Shown here in pieces: positions 8,311 through 16,891 of a stretch of 22,766 nucleotides of DNA. How positions within the stretch are numbered: position 1 is the first letter of the stretch; the number at the start of each line of letters is the position of its first letter. The DNA is from an uncultured Oligoflexus sp. (lineage in GTDB: Bacteria; Bdellovibrionota_B; Oligoflexia; Oligoflexales; Oligoflexaceae): contig CAXSGP010000028.1 of the NCBI GenBank assembly GCA_964236955.1, forward strand, positions 1-22,766, read 5' to 3'. The notes beneath the pieces were generated by a model. It was not told the DNA's origin and did not search any database. It was given only the letters and a program-made list of their open reading frames with translations. A program made the translations under genes and the position numbers.

Positions 8311-8319
8311 ATTATAGCA
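8311..8319 (-). promoter_or_regulatory. Extended -10 promoter (TGnTATAAT) for the DUF6178-like gene
   Basis: Minus strand reads TGCTATAAT about 44 nt upstream of the ATG at 8267. No good -35. Confidence 0.55.
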
Positions 8320-8554
8320 GTGAAGGATAAGACCGAAATGAGAGCCGTCAAGGGATGAACTCAAATTTACGGCTTGCCTCCACTGGCACAGGCCGCCCGG
8401 CAAAAATTCAGATTGGCACCCGACCTTAAGCCACTAAGCCAAGCAGGAGGTGCATCTTTGCCCAGAGGCGGCGAATCGCTTTGGTTACATGGGTTTATAG
8501 GCTTTGTCCATTGCATCTTTATTCCTTCTAAAACCGCAGTTTAAGCCGCTTGCC

Positions 8555-9328
8555 TTAACTGGGGACTAAGCTGCTAAAATGACTCAACAATGGCCCTAGC
8601 AATAGACACAAAGCGAAATAAGCGCTCGTCAACAACTCCAAAGGCCCTAAACAATTTTCCAAAAGCACGCGTCGCTGTTGAAAGGCCGCCGCTTGAGCCC
8701 AATGCCATTCCTTGAGCAAAGTCTTTCTTTCCAGGTTTCCATCTATACCGCTTAACCAGGACTGACGGGAAATGCGCAAGACATCCTCGGTCCAAATTCC
8801 ACAATCCCCCTCTCCCATATAAGCGGCGATAAAATCCTCAAGGACCCCTTTCCCTGCCAAAGAAGGCAGGGGCCACTGCTTGAAGAGAATGCGGGCGATA
8901 AGCATGAACCCAAGGCATGCCAGAAGGATCTCAAGAAAATCGCTTCTACCGCATAAAAGTTGAGACGTGAGAAGGAGCCGAAAGGCAAGCGGCACGAGCA
9001 GCACAAAAGCAAGGTGCATGACGTAGGTGCCGAGCAGACCCTTGAGTTCCTCCTGCTGCTTTCGCGACTGACTATAAAACTCCGAAAGCTCCTGCAGATC
9101 CACATCACGAAGCGTACCGCGCCTGACTTGGGCGAGCAGCCTTTCTTTGATGTGTTGCTCCATAGCCCCGGACGGAATGACCTTCCGAAGGAGAAAATCC
9201 CGGGTCCGCAAACTCGTCTGCAGCGCTCGCCAGAATCCCGGGCCAAGCAGGGGCCGCGATCGTTCGCTGAGCCTGACATGGACTAAATAAAGAATAACCG
9301 TGAAAAACAAACATCCGTTCATAAGCAC
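8555..9328 (-). CDS. Hypothetical membrane protein with GspF/PilC/TadB-like layout
   Basis: 257-aa ORF: N-terminal hydrophobic segment, soluble helical block, TM hairpin, second soluble block, C-terminal TM. The family call rests on topology only. Confidence 0.6.
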   Translation of the reverse strand: MLMNGCLFFTVILYLVHVRLSERSRPLLGPGFWRALQTSLRTRDFLLRKVIPSGAMEQHIKERLLAQVRRGTLRDVDLQELSEFYSQSRKQQEELKGLLGTYVMHLAFVLLVPLAFRLLLTSQLLCGRSDFLEILLACLGFMLIARILFKQWPLPSLAGKGVLEDFIAAYMGEGDCGIWTEDVLRISRQSWLSGIDGNLERKTLLKEWHWAQAAAFQQRRVLLENCLGPLELLTSAYFALCLLLGPLLSHFSSLVPS

Positions 9329-9368
9329 ACTCTAGCGCTTGAACGGATGGCTGTCGAAGGACATAATC

Positions 9369-10367
9369 TCAGGCGAGCTGACTCGCAAGCATCGTTTCTT
9401 TTTGCTGCCAACGCATCATGGAAAGCGTGAAGGCCTGGTCGGCGACACATTTCTTTTCAAGAGGTTTGGCAAGGTAGAGAAAGACTTGGAGACTGCGGAT
9501 ATCTTCGGTACTGAGGCGGTAAGAGAGATGTTTCCATACGGAGCTTAAATCAATCTGCTGCTGCTGACAGTTGCGGGGCAGCATATCCGGCAAATAATTG
9601 CAGGGCTCGACCTGCATGCGCATCTGCGCCAATTCACTGGCTTCGCTGAGATTCGATCGGCATGCGCAGGTCTTGCGCTTTTTCTGCAGTACGCTACTGA
9701 CAAAGGGCAGCTCGGTGATTCGGAACCAAAGCTCGCTTAGATCAATCAGGTGACTGTAGCTGCAACGTTTCTGCAGCGCTTCGTTTTCAACCCGGAAATC
9801 GATACAGGGATTGCTGGTGTCGAGAGGGTTTCTGACGATGGATTCATAGGCTTCGCAGCCGAATATAAGCTTGTAGAGGATGCGCGACAGTGAGCCCCAG
9901 GAGGAGGCGCCGGTCGATAATTTTAGCTGGGGAACTGAATCGAGTTTGGGAAAAGGCATGCGACCGAGAAGGTCTGTGGCATTCTGCAGGGCTTGTTTGA
10001 GATCCGCAGCCTTAGCGACCTGAGTGCTCAAAAAGATTTCCCTCAGGAACTTCACCCGCTGATCGATCGTTTCCTTCAGCTGCGATTGAGCGCTGTTGAG
10101 GCCCCATATCGCCAGTCCCGAAGGGCCTTCCACCGAAATTCCAACCGGCAGGGCCATCTCAAACTCGGCGTTTCTTACGAGACTGATCGACGAACAGAAT
10201 GCGTACTGAAGGTCACCCTGATCCAATTTACGATAAAGCCCGGCGCAATCGTCCTTCGTGACGATTAAACGAGGAGCATACTTGTTGAGTTCCGTCATCA
10301 GGGGATGGGAACTCCAACTGTTTTGGCAACCGATAGTGACAGGCTCTGAGCCGGACGTGTTTTTCAT
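9369..10367 (-). CDS. Divergent MqnA/MqnD (VitK2_biosynth, periplasmic-binding-protein fold) family protein
   Basis: Collinear matches to MqnA: LDQGDLQYAFCSSI (~LxxGELDxxxxSS), GISVEGP, IDLSELWFRITELPFV (~DLGExWxxxTGLPFV), LSYRLSTEDIRSLQVF. Start overlaps the hemL stop (TAATG). Confidence 0.75.
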   Translation of the reverse strand: MKNTSGSEPVTIGCQNSWSSHPLMTELNKYAPRLIVTKDDCAGLYRKLDQGDLQYAFCSSISLVRNAEFEMALPVGISVEGPSGLAIWGLNSAQSQLKETIDQRVKFLREIFLSTQVAKAADLKQALQNATDLLGRMPFPKLDSVPQLKLSTGASSWGSLSRILYKLIFGCEAYESIVRNPLDTSNPCIDFRVENEALQKRCSYSHLIDLSELWFRITELPFVSSVLQKKRKTCACRSNLSEASELAQMRMQVEPCNYLPDMLPRNCQQQQIDLSSVWKHLSYRLSTEDIRSLQVFLYLAKPLEKKCVADQAFTLSMMRWQQKETMLASQLA

Positions 10368-11668
10368 TAAAATTGACTCAAATTGGCAAACACATAATCG
10401 GCTACATCCAAAGTATCCTCTATATCCTTATCGCTATGGGCGAAGGATATAAAACCTGCTTCAAAAGCTGAAGGCGCGAGGTAGACACCGTAACTGAGCA
10501 TACCGCGGAAAAATTGCTTAAACTGCGTTATGTTGCATTGAGCTGCTTCTTCAAAGGATTCGGGGAGTTTGGCCGAGAACATAAAGCCGAACATTCCGCC
10601 TTCATAGTCAACGCTCAAAGGAATTCCGTGCTTTTCGGCGCGCTCCTTAAGTCCGTAAGACAGACGTCTAGTACGCTTTGCCAGCTCTGTAAAGTCATAT
10701 TTTGTACTCAGAAGTTCAAGTGTCTTGATGCCACTTGTCACCGCCACCGGATTTCCCGATAAGGTACCGGCTTGATAGACAGGACCGCTTGGGGCAATCA
10801 TCGCCATAATATCGGCTCGACCGCCGTAAGCACCGATGGGCATACCGCCACCAATGACTTTGCCAAGAGTGCTCAGGTCGGGCTTGATCTTTTTGAGACC
10901 CTGCACTCCCGTCAATCCCACCCGGAAGCCGGTCATGACTTCGTCAAAAATCAGTACGGCTCCGGACTGCGTGCAAAGCTCCCTCATCAATTCCAGATAA
11001 CCATCTTTGGGACGTATAAAATTGCCATTGCCGACAAACGGCTCAACGATGACTGCGGCGATCTCGGACCCTTGCTTGGCAAAGATCGCCTTGAGACCCG
11101 CGACATCATTAAAGGCTAGCGTTAAGGTGTCTTTGACGACGGCTTCCGGAACTCCCGGGCTGCCCGGAATACCCAGCGTCGCCACCCCTGAGCCGGCTTT
11201 TACCAGGAGCATATCAGCGTGACCATGGTAACAACCGGTAAATTTCAGAATCTTATTGCGCCCGGTGAAGCCCCGTGCAAGACGAAGAGCCGACATGCAG
11301 GCTTCGGTTCCACTGGAAACCAAACGGATCATCTCCATACTAGGGAGGATCTTTTGCACGAGTTCGGCGATACGGATTTCCAAAGCCGAGGGGGCCCCGA
11401 ACGAAAAGCCATTTTTAAGGGAAGCCGTCACCGCTGCGACAACTTCGGGATGAGCATGACCAAGCATGGCCGGACCCCAACTGCCGATATAATCGATGAA
11501 CTTATTGCCATCGGCGTCCCACATGTAAGCGCCTTCGGCACGTTCGATAAATAAAGGATTCGCATCGACCTGCTTAAAAGCCCGAACCGGCGAGTTGACT
11601 CCACCCGGCATCAGCTTCACGGCTTTGGCAAAGAGGCTTGCGGATCGCTCAAACGAAAGCTTTTTCAT
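10367..11668 (-). CDS. hemL: Glutamate-1-semialdehyde 2,1-aminomutase
   Basis: MPGGVNSPVRAF, SGTEACMSALRLARG, GCYHGH, FDEVMTGFR, PLP lysine in LGKVIGGGMP, YQAGTLSGNP. Start moved to ATG 11668 (MKKLSFERS), with GGAAGG upstream. Confidence 0.97.
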   Translation of the reverse strand: MKKLSFERSASLFAKAVKLMPGGVNSPVRAFKQVDANPLFIERAEGAYMWDADGNKFIDYIGSWGPAMLGHAHPEVVAAVTASLKNGFSFGAPSALEIRIAELVQKILPSMEMIRLVSSGTEACMSALRLARGFTGRNKILKFTGCYHGHADMLLVKAGSGVATLGIPGSPGVPEAVVKDTLTLAFNDVAGLKAIFAKQGSEIAAVIVEPFVGNGNFIRPKDGYLELMRELCTQSGAVLIFDEVMTGFRVGLTGVQGLKKIKPDLSTLGKVIGGGMPIGAYGGRADIMAMIAPSGPVYQAGTLSGNPVAVTSGIKTLELLSTKYDFTELAKRTRRLSYGLKERAEKHGIPLSVDYEGGMFGFMFSAKLPESFEEAAQCNITQFKQFFRGMLSYGVYLAPSAFEAGFISFAHSDKDIEDTLDVADYVFANLSQF

Positions 11669-11769
11669 GAATCTTGACCTTCCATCACAACGGGACCGAG
11701 TAGTCAGAGACCACCTTTTACTCGTGTTCTCCGAAGAAAGATACCAGCACTCTTGACTGACCTTTCGAC

Positions 11770-14700
11770 TCACCAGAGTTCATCGTTTTGAATCCCGGCG
11801 TCTTCTTTTGTAGCCTTATTCAGATCGAGTTTTTTCTCCGGCGCCGGCCCCTTGGTCGGTACGGTTTCCATCGGATTGTTTCGCGCCGCTGCGACCGGCG
11901 GTGAGGCTCTGGGGGGCAGCGCCGCCTGCGTCGGCGCTGGAACGGGAGCAGCGCCCTCCGTATGGGAAGTCGATGCTGCCCTGGGGCCTGGTGCTGATGA
12001 TGGCGACGGGTTGCTGTCGGTTTCCAGCACGGGCAGGACCGGTGCCTGACTCGGATCGGCTGTATCCGCTTCTTCCGCTTTGCCTTCGATCAATTTGGGA
12101 CCACCATGATCCCCTTCCGCTTTCATAAAAGGCTGAAAGGCCCGGCGTGGGCTTCGGGCGCCACCGCTCAGTACAGTCGCGACATTCACGTTCGCCCGGA
12201 CACTGGCACTGCGGGCAAATTCATCATGAAAGGTTTCCCCCTCCTTATCAAAGTTTGTAAATTCAAATCCATCCGAATCGCCTCCGCCCTGTAGAACAAT
12301 ACCAGCAGGCAGATCGACGGCAAGAGGGGTACTACACGGAGCCTGGACGGTTGGCCAGGTTTGAATACCAGCCATATTCGGCGTATTTGGATCAAGGAAA
12401 TCCTTGAATTTCAATTCCTTCACCAGTCCCTTGGCGTAATCGGTCCAAATAGGAAGGGCTCCCATCGCTCCCGAAATTCGAAAGCCGCCGCGACGCATTG
12501 ATTTATTTAGGTCGTAACCCACATAAGAGGCGATAACATACTGATGATGCATAGGATCGAGGGCTTCATCTTTTTTGACCGGATAGGGGACAAAACCAGC
12601 AAAATAAGCGGTTGTGTAATCGTTGGTCGTACCTGTTTTGCCAAAGGCCGGGATTCCAATGCGACGGGTTTTGGCGGGTAATTTTGATCCTTCAGCCATA
12701 GCCTGGTCATAGTCGAGATAAAGCTCGCCGCGGAGCCGCCTTCCGGTACCATGCGTGACAACCTTGCGCAGAATTTCTCCCATCTGCGCCGCATAGCAAC
12801 TGTCGACAAGCTGAAAGGATTTCTTTTCGGGTTCATAGAGAACCTTACCGTCCCGGTCTTCAATGCGACGAATGAAGTTCAGTTGGTTATCAGGGCCTTC
12901 TTTGTAGAAGCGATAGGTTTTGCCGTTCGCGAAGGTCTGATAGATTTTGGAAACTTCGGCCGCACTCACATCGTTCGTGCCGAGTCCAAAGGAAAGTACG
13001 GGTTCAAGTTTTGACGTGACGCCCATCGCCCGCGCAAGTTGAGTGAGATAACGCAGACCAAGTATGATTTTAAAATCGTGATGGTTGAAATACTGAAAGG
13101 TCGAGAACTGATCCTTCTGATTCATCACAGTCGCGTATTGTTCTTCGATGTTCTGAGCGATACGATCATAGTAGCGAAGCGGAAGGAATCCATCGAGGCT
13201 CACTTCATTCATCACGATGCCACCATTTCCCCAAATAGCCTGCACATCGAGTGAGTTGAGAGGCCGCCCCGTGGGGGGATCAATAACGACCGAGCCGTCT
13301 TTGGCACCGCGACGGAACTCTTCGCCTTGAAGTTCCTTCACATAGGCCAAGGCTGGTTTGTGCCCACCTGAATTCATAACACGGAATCGACTCAATAGAC
13401 CCAGCGTGCTCGGATCGGCATAAGCGGCATCCGCTCCACCATCGGAAACTTTGGTCGTGAGTCTTGCCCAATCCAGTTTCAGATCATTGGAAAGAGTGGT
13501 CAGACGTTCCCAGTTCTTTTTCACCAGACCGATGCGAAGGTTCCGTTCCCGATCGGTGAAGTCATCATCGGCCATTCGGTAAACGTGCTGGAGCTCCGAG
13601 ACATAGCCACGGCCCCACCAGAGCTTGCTCAGGTCTTTGAAAAGTCCCGATCGCCCTGCAAATATCAGGTCCGGCTTGAGATCCTCGACCGCCTTGTCGA
13701 GCATCGATTCCTTGATACCACTGTTATCAAGCTGAACACCGGTGTCTTTCGCCACGCGAAAATGATAGTCCCGGGGCGCCTCGCCATCGTGGGGTAGGAG
13801 ATCGAGTGTGCCCATCAGTTCCTTAAATTCTTCAAAATTTAACTTATCGAGCAGATTGGCTGTAAGAAAGACGGTCGCCAGGTTTTCGGATTTCGTTCCT
13901 GCCCAGATCATGGAAACGTCGTCGTAAGGACTCGCGTGATCGCCTCTTGGAAAATAAAACTGACCTTGGAAATTGAAAAGGCGGCGTTCGTTATCAAGCC
14001 TGTCAAGGATGGTCCAGCCCATCTGCATCGCCCCAAAAAACACCAGTGATTTGAATACCGAACCGGGTTGCCGGGTTGCAAAGACCGCCCGGTTGAAACC
14101 CTCGGAATCAAATCCGGAAACCACCGAACGCACTTCGCCTTCATCAAGCGAGATCAGGCCGCCGTTCACCGTGGGTTTTTTCTTCAGCTCAACGACCGCT
14201 TCATGAGTCTCTTCGTTCCATTCGATGACTTCGGTAAACACGATGTCGCCGACCTGAAGTTTATTCAGGATCTCATTCAGATGGCTTTCATAAGGCTTAT
14301 AAGTCGGGATTGAAAGAATCTTCGCGGTCCGAATCAAGGCCTCGGTGGGAATCACGCCCTTCGGCAGACCGTAGTCGACGAAAATCTGCGGAGTCTTGCC
14401 CTTTTCAATGCGGGTGACCTTGCCGTAATAGAACTGATTAGGAATCAAACTTCGTAGATAGTGGTACGATCCCGGAGCTTCGGGTGCGTAGTCCTTGAGG
14501 ATGAGTTCCAGACGCGAAAGGTTTCTGCGCATCATCAGCTGCGCTTCGTCCTGCAGTCTTTTATCGATCGTCGTGAAGACCTTGAGGCCGGCATGACTCA
14601 GCTCGTTGATATTTTCCATGCCGAGGGCATCGAGAATTTCTTTTTTATCAAGTTGACCACGGATAAGGGAGACCAGAGCGACTTCGCTCGATCCAAATTT

Positions 14701-15516
14701 CCCCTGATTGAAGGGCACCCTTTCCTCAAAGCCTTTTTTGAACTGCTCCTCCTTGATCCAACCCTGTTCGTACATGCGGCGAAGCACGTAGTTCTTTCTG
14801 ATGTTAGCCTCGTTCCAAGCCGTTTCCTTGTCTTTTCTGTTGTATTTCACGAATGGATTGTATTTGCTGGGGCCTTTGACCGAACCGGCAATGAAGGCGC
14901 TTTCGATGAGCGTGAGATCTTTGACATCTTTGTTGAAGTAGTACCGGGCGGCGATGCCGATGCCCTTGCCATTTGCCGTAACGTGGAATTGATTCAGGTA
15001 GAATTCAAGAATCTGCTGTTTGGAATACATGCGTTCAATCTGAAACGCCCGCACCAGTTCCTTAAATTTTCTCTTAAAGGAATGCTCCCGGTGATCCATG
15101 ATATTCTTGACCGTTTGCTGGGTGATCGACGATCCCCCGCGACGGAACTTCATGCCATTGACAACGCCCTCCGAGAAGGCTTGAAAGATTGCGAAGGGGT
15201 CGACACCGTAGTGCTGAAAGAAATTTTTGTCTTCAGCAGCAACCATCGCCCGCACCATATTTTCCGGAACCTGGTCGATCGTCACATAGCTCCGGTGCTC
15301 ATCGTTAAAAAAGCTGCCTATTTTATGCTCTTCGTCCAGCGTATAGAGCGTCGTTTCTTCGTTGATTCGGGCTAAAATAGTTGACTTTTTGAGATCGGAC
15401 ACGTCGCCAAAATAAACTGTGTAGCCGATGCCGCCCAAGATGGTGAGAACCGCTAAGAGTCCAACACCCGCTCCAATAGCCGATGCGAGAAAGAGCTTAC
15501 GTTGCCAGGATTTCAA
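11770..15516 (-). CDS. Class A penicillin-binding protein (PBP1A-like transglycosylase/transpeptidase), 1248 aa
   Basis: N-terminal TM. GT51 motifs EDKNFFQHYGVD, GSSITQQ, RKFKE, ILEFYLN. Transpeptidase SxxK (SVFK 14050-14061), SxN (SEN 13882-13890) and KTG (GKTGTT). TTG start with GAGGT RBS. Pro/Ala-rich C-terminal tail. Confidence 0.95.
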   Translation of the reverse strand: MKSWQRKLFLASAIGAGVGLLAVLTILGGIGYTVYFGDVSDLKKSTILARINEETTLYTLDEEHKIGSFFNDEHRSYVTIDQVPENMVRAMVAAEDKNFFQHYGVDPFAIFQAFSEGVVNGMKFRRGGSSITQQTVKNIMDHREHSFKRKFKELVRAFQIERMYSKQQILEFYLNQFHVTANGKGIGIAARYYFNKDVKDLTLIESAFIAGSVKGPSKYNPFVKYNRKDKETAWNEANIRKNYVLRRMYEQGWIKEEQFKKGFEERVPFNQGKFGSSEVALVSLIRGQLDKKEILDALGMENINELSHAGLKVFTTIDKRLQDEAQLMMRRNLSRLELILKDYAPEAPGSYHYLRSLIPNQFYYGKVTRIEKGKTPQIFVDYGLPKGVIPTEALIRTAKILSIPTYKPYESHLNEILNKLQVGDIVFTEVIEWNEETHEAVVELKKKPTVNGGLISLDEGEVRSVVSGFDSEGFNRAVFATRQPGSVFKSLVFFGAMQMGWTILDRLDNERRLFNFQGQFYFPRGDHASPYDDVSMIWAGTKSENLATVFLTANLLDKLNFEEFKELMGTLDLLPHDGEAPRDYHFRVAKDTGVQLDNSGIKESMLDKAVEDLKPDLIFAGRSGLFKDLSKLWWGRGYVSELQHVYRMADDDFTDRERNLRIGLVKKNWERLTTLSNDLKLDWARLTTKVSDGGADAAYADPSTLGLLSRFRVMNSGGHKPALAYVKELQGEEFRRGAKDGSVVIDPPTGRPLNSLDVQAIWGNGGIVMNEVSLDGFLPLRYYDRIAQNIEEQYATVMNQKDQFSTFQYFNHHDFKIILGLRYLTQLARAMGVTSKLEPVLSFGLGTNDVSAAEVSKIYQTFANGKTYRFYKEGPDNQLNFIRRIEDRDGKVLYEPEKKSFQLVDSCYAAQMGEILRKVVTHGTGRRLRGELYLDYDQAMAEGSKLPAKTRRIGIPAFGKTGTTNDYTTAYFAGFVPYPVKKDEALDPMHHQYVIASYVGYDLNKSMRRGGFRISGAMGALPIWTDYAKGLVKELKFKDFLDPNTPNMAGIQTWPTVQAPCSTPLAVDLPAGIVLQGGGDSDGFEFTNFDKEGETFHDEFARSASVRANVNVATVLSGGARSPRRAFQPFMKAEGDHGGPKLIEGKAEEADTADPSQAPVLPVLETDSNPSPSSAPGPRAASTSHTEGAAPVPAPTQAALPPRASPPVAAARNNPMETVPTKGPAPEKKLDLNKATKEDAGIQNDELW

Positions 15517-15667
15517 GGGAGCACCTCGTTACGGATAAGGGCGATTCACAACCTAAATTATGGCGCGAAGACCCAGGATATGTCCACAGGTTCTCATTCT
15601 AATAAAAGACCGAAGAGTTACCGTCTGTTTTACCATAATTCGGGCCTCTTCTGCCAGGTCTTCCTTA

Positions 15668-15676
15668 TGTTATAAT
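15668..15676 (+). promoter_or_regulatory. Extended -10 promoter for the HtrA-like gene
   Basis: TGTTATAAT ending 25 nt before the ATG at 15701. Confidence 0.55.
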
Positions 15677-15700
15677 GGAGAGCTAAACGAGGGGGACGCT

Positions 15701-16750
15701 ATGCGCTGGATTGGCTTTTTTATTTCAATCATTATTTTCTTGCTTCCCGCCTTAGCTTCTGCTCAACCCTCACTCGAAGAGATTATTCCTCGTATTAAGC
15801 ACGGATTGGTGACGATACGGTCCCAAGAGCGGCCACTTCGTCAATCCCAAATTTACGACCCCTATAATTTTTTCTTTCAAGCGCAGCTGCCGCCGGGTCG
15901 AGGCAGTTATCCCATCGGTTCAGGATTTGTGATGCCGGACGGCATTCATGTCGCTACAAGTTTTCGGCAGCTTGATGGCGCCAACGCTCTGCAGATAATC
16001 TCTGATCAAGGCAAGGTCTACGATGCGCAGCTTTTGGGAGCTGATGCGAGCCTGGATCTTGCGATTCTGCGGATCAAGAACGCGAAAGGTCTTACTGGCC
16101 TGGATTTTGGGAACAGCAATCAAGCGCGCCTCGGCGATAATCTCCTCATCTTCGGCCGTAGCGTAAGGCTCATGGTCATCAAGGCAAATCTAAGTTCTAC
16201 GGAAAATGCCGAAGGCAGCTTTGGCCGTCATTGGTTGATCGACAGTCCAACCCATCCCGGCGTTTCGGGGGGGCCCGTCGTCGATTCGCGTGGTCGAGTC
16301 GTTGGCATGGCAGCTTACAACCCTGAAGGACCGCCCCAGCTCGGTGTTGTCCTGCCCTCCGCCCTTATGATCTCAGGCAGTCAGCAGCTCATAAAAAATG
16401 GCAAACTATCAAAAGCCTGGCTCGGCATCGTGCCAAAAAATTTGACCAGTCTCGACGATCTTGATCACCTGCGCACAGCTGCAATCAAGGGTGGCGTTAG
16501 GGTCGAAAATTTAATCGTCGATGGCCCAGCAGCAAAGGCAGGCCTGCAGATTGGCGACTTGATTATGGCCATAGGGGAGCACACGATACTTCAGCTCAGC
16601 GATCTCAACGCCTTTCTCGATAGCCACAAGCCTGGAGAACGCCTTCCTCTCAAGATCCACCGTGGCAACAAGGGAAGCCTACAGCTTCCTCTGGAACTTG
16701 GCGAATTGCCCAGCGCTCAGGATCTTCCCCTTGCAAGCCAGTTGTTATGA
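15701..16750 (+). CDS. HtrA/DegQ-family trypsin-like protein with one PDZ domain; catalytic His apparently absent
   Basis: Signal peptide ending ASA. GSGFV, DLAILRI, PGVSGGPVVDSRGRVVGM, PDZ WLGI and GPAAKAGLQIGDLI. Start moved to ATG 15701 (GAGGGGG RBS). Confidence 0.9.
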   Translation: MRWIGFFISIIIFLLPALASAQPSLEEIIPRIKHGLVTIRSQERPLRQSQIYDPYNFFFQAQLPPGRGSYPIGSGFVMPDGIHVATSFRQLDGANALQIISDQGKVYDAQLLGADASLDLAILRIKNAKGLTGLDFGNSNQARLGDNLLIFGRSVRLMVIKANLSSTENAEGSFGRHWLIDSPTHPGVSGGPVVDSRGRVVGMAAYNPEGPPQLGVVLPSALMISGSQQLIKNGKLSKAWLGIVPKNLTSLDDLDHLRTAAIKGGVRVENLIVDGPAAKAGLQIGDLIMAIGEHTILQLSDLNAFLDSHKPGERLPLKIHRGNKGSLQLPLELGELPSAQDLPLASQLL

Positions 16751-16772
16751 ACACATGTTCGCCAATGAGACG

Positions 16773-16801
16773 ACCCGGGGGTCCGCCGCCTTTTCCCGGG
16801 T
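16773..16801 (+). terminator. GC-rich hairpin after the HtrA-like gene, possible terminator
   Basis: ACCCGGG...CCCGGGT followed by ATCCTTTCTTT. Confidence 0.4.
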
Positions 16802-16826
16802 ATCCTTTCTTTCCGCAGCTCTTTAT

Positions 16827-16855
16827 TTGACCAAGCCGAGTCCCCTCGTTATACT
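16827..16855 (+). promoter_or_regulatory. Sigma70-type promoter for tkt
   Basis: TTGACC (16827-16832), 17-nt spacer, TATACT (16850-16855), 36 nt before the ATG at 16892. Confidence 0.7.
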
Positions 16856-16891
16856 CCCGCGCATCCGAAACCTTCTGTGCGAGGGCAGCTA

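Noticed and set aside
11669..11773. 35-codon N-terminal extension of hemL overlapping the PBP stop
   Set aside because: HemL similarity starts at MKKLSFERS, which has its own RBS.
13050..13850. Intein or mobile insertion as the explanation for the PBP insert
   Set aside because: No intein splice motifs, LAGLIDADG signature or terminal repeats.
14461..15375. 304-aa + strand ORF
   Set aside because: Antisense shadow of PBP1A.
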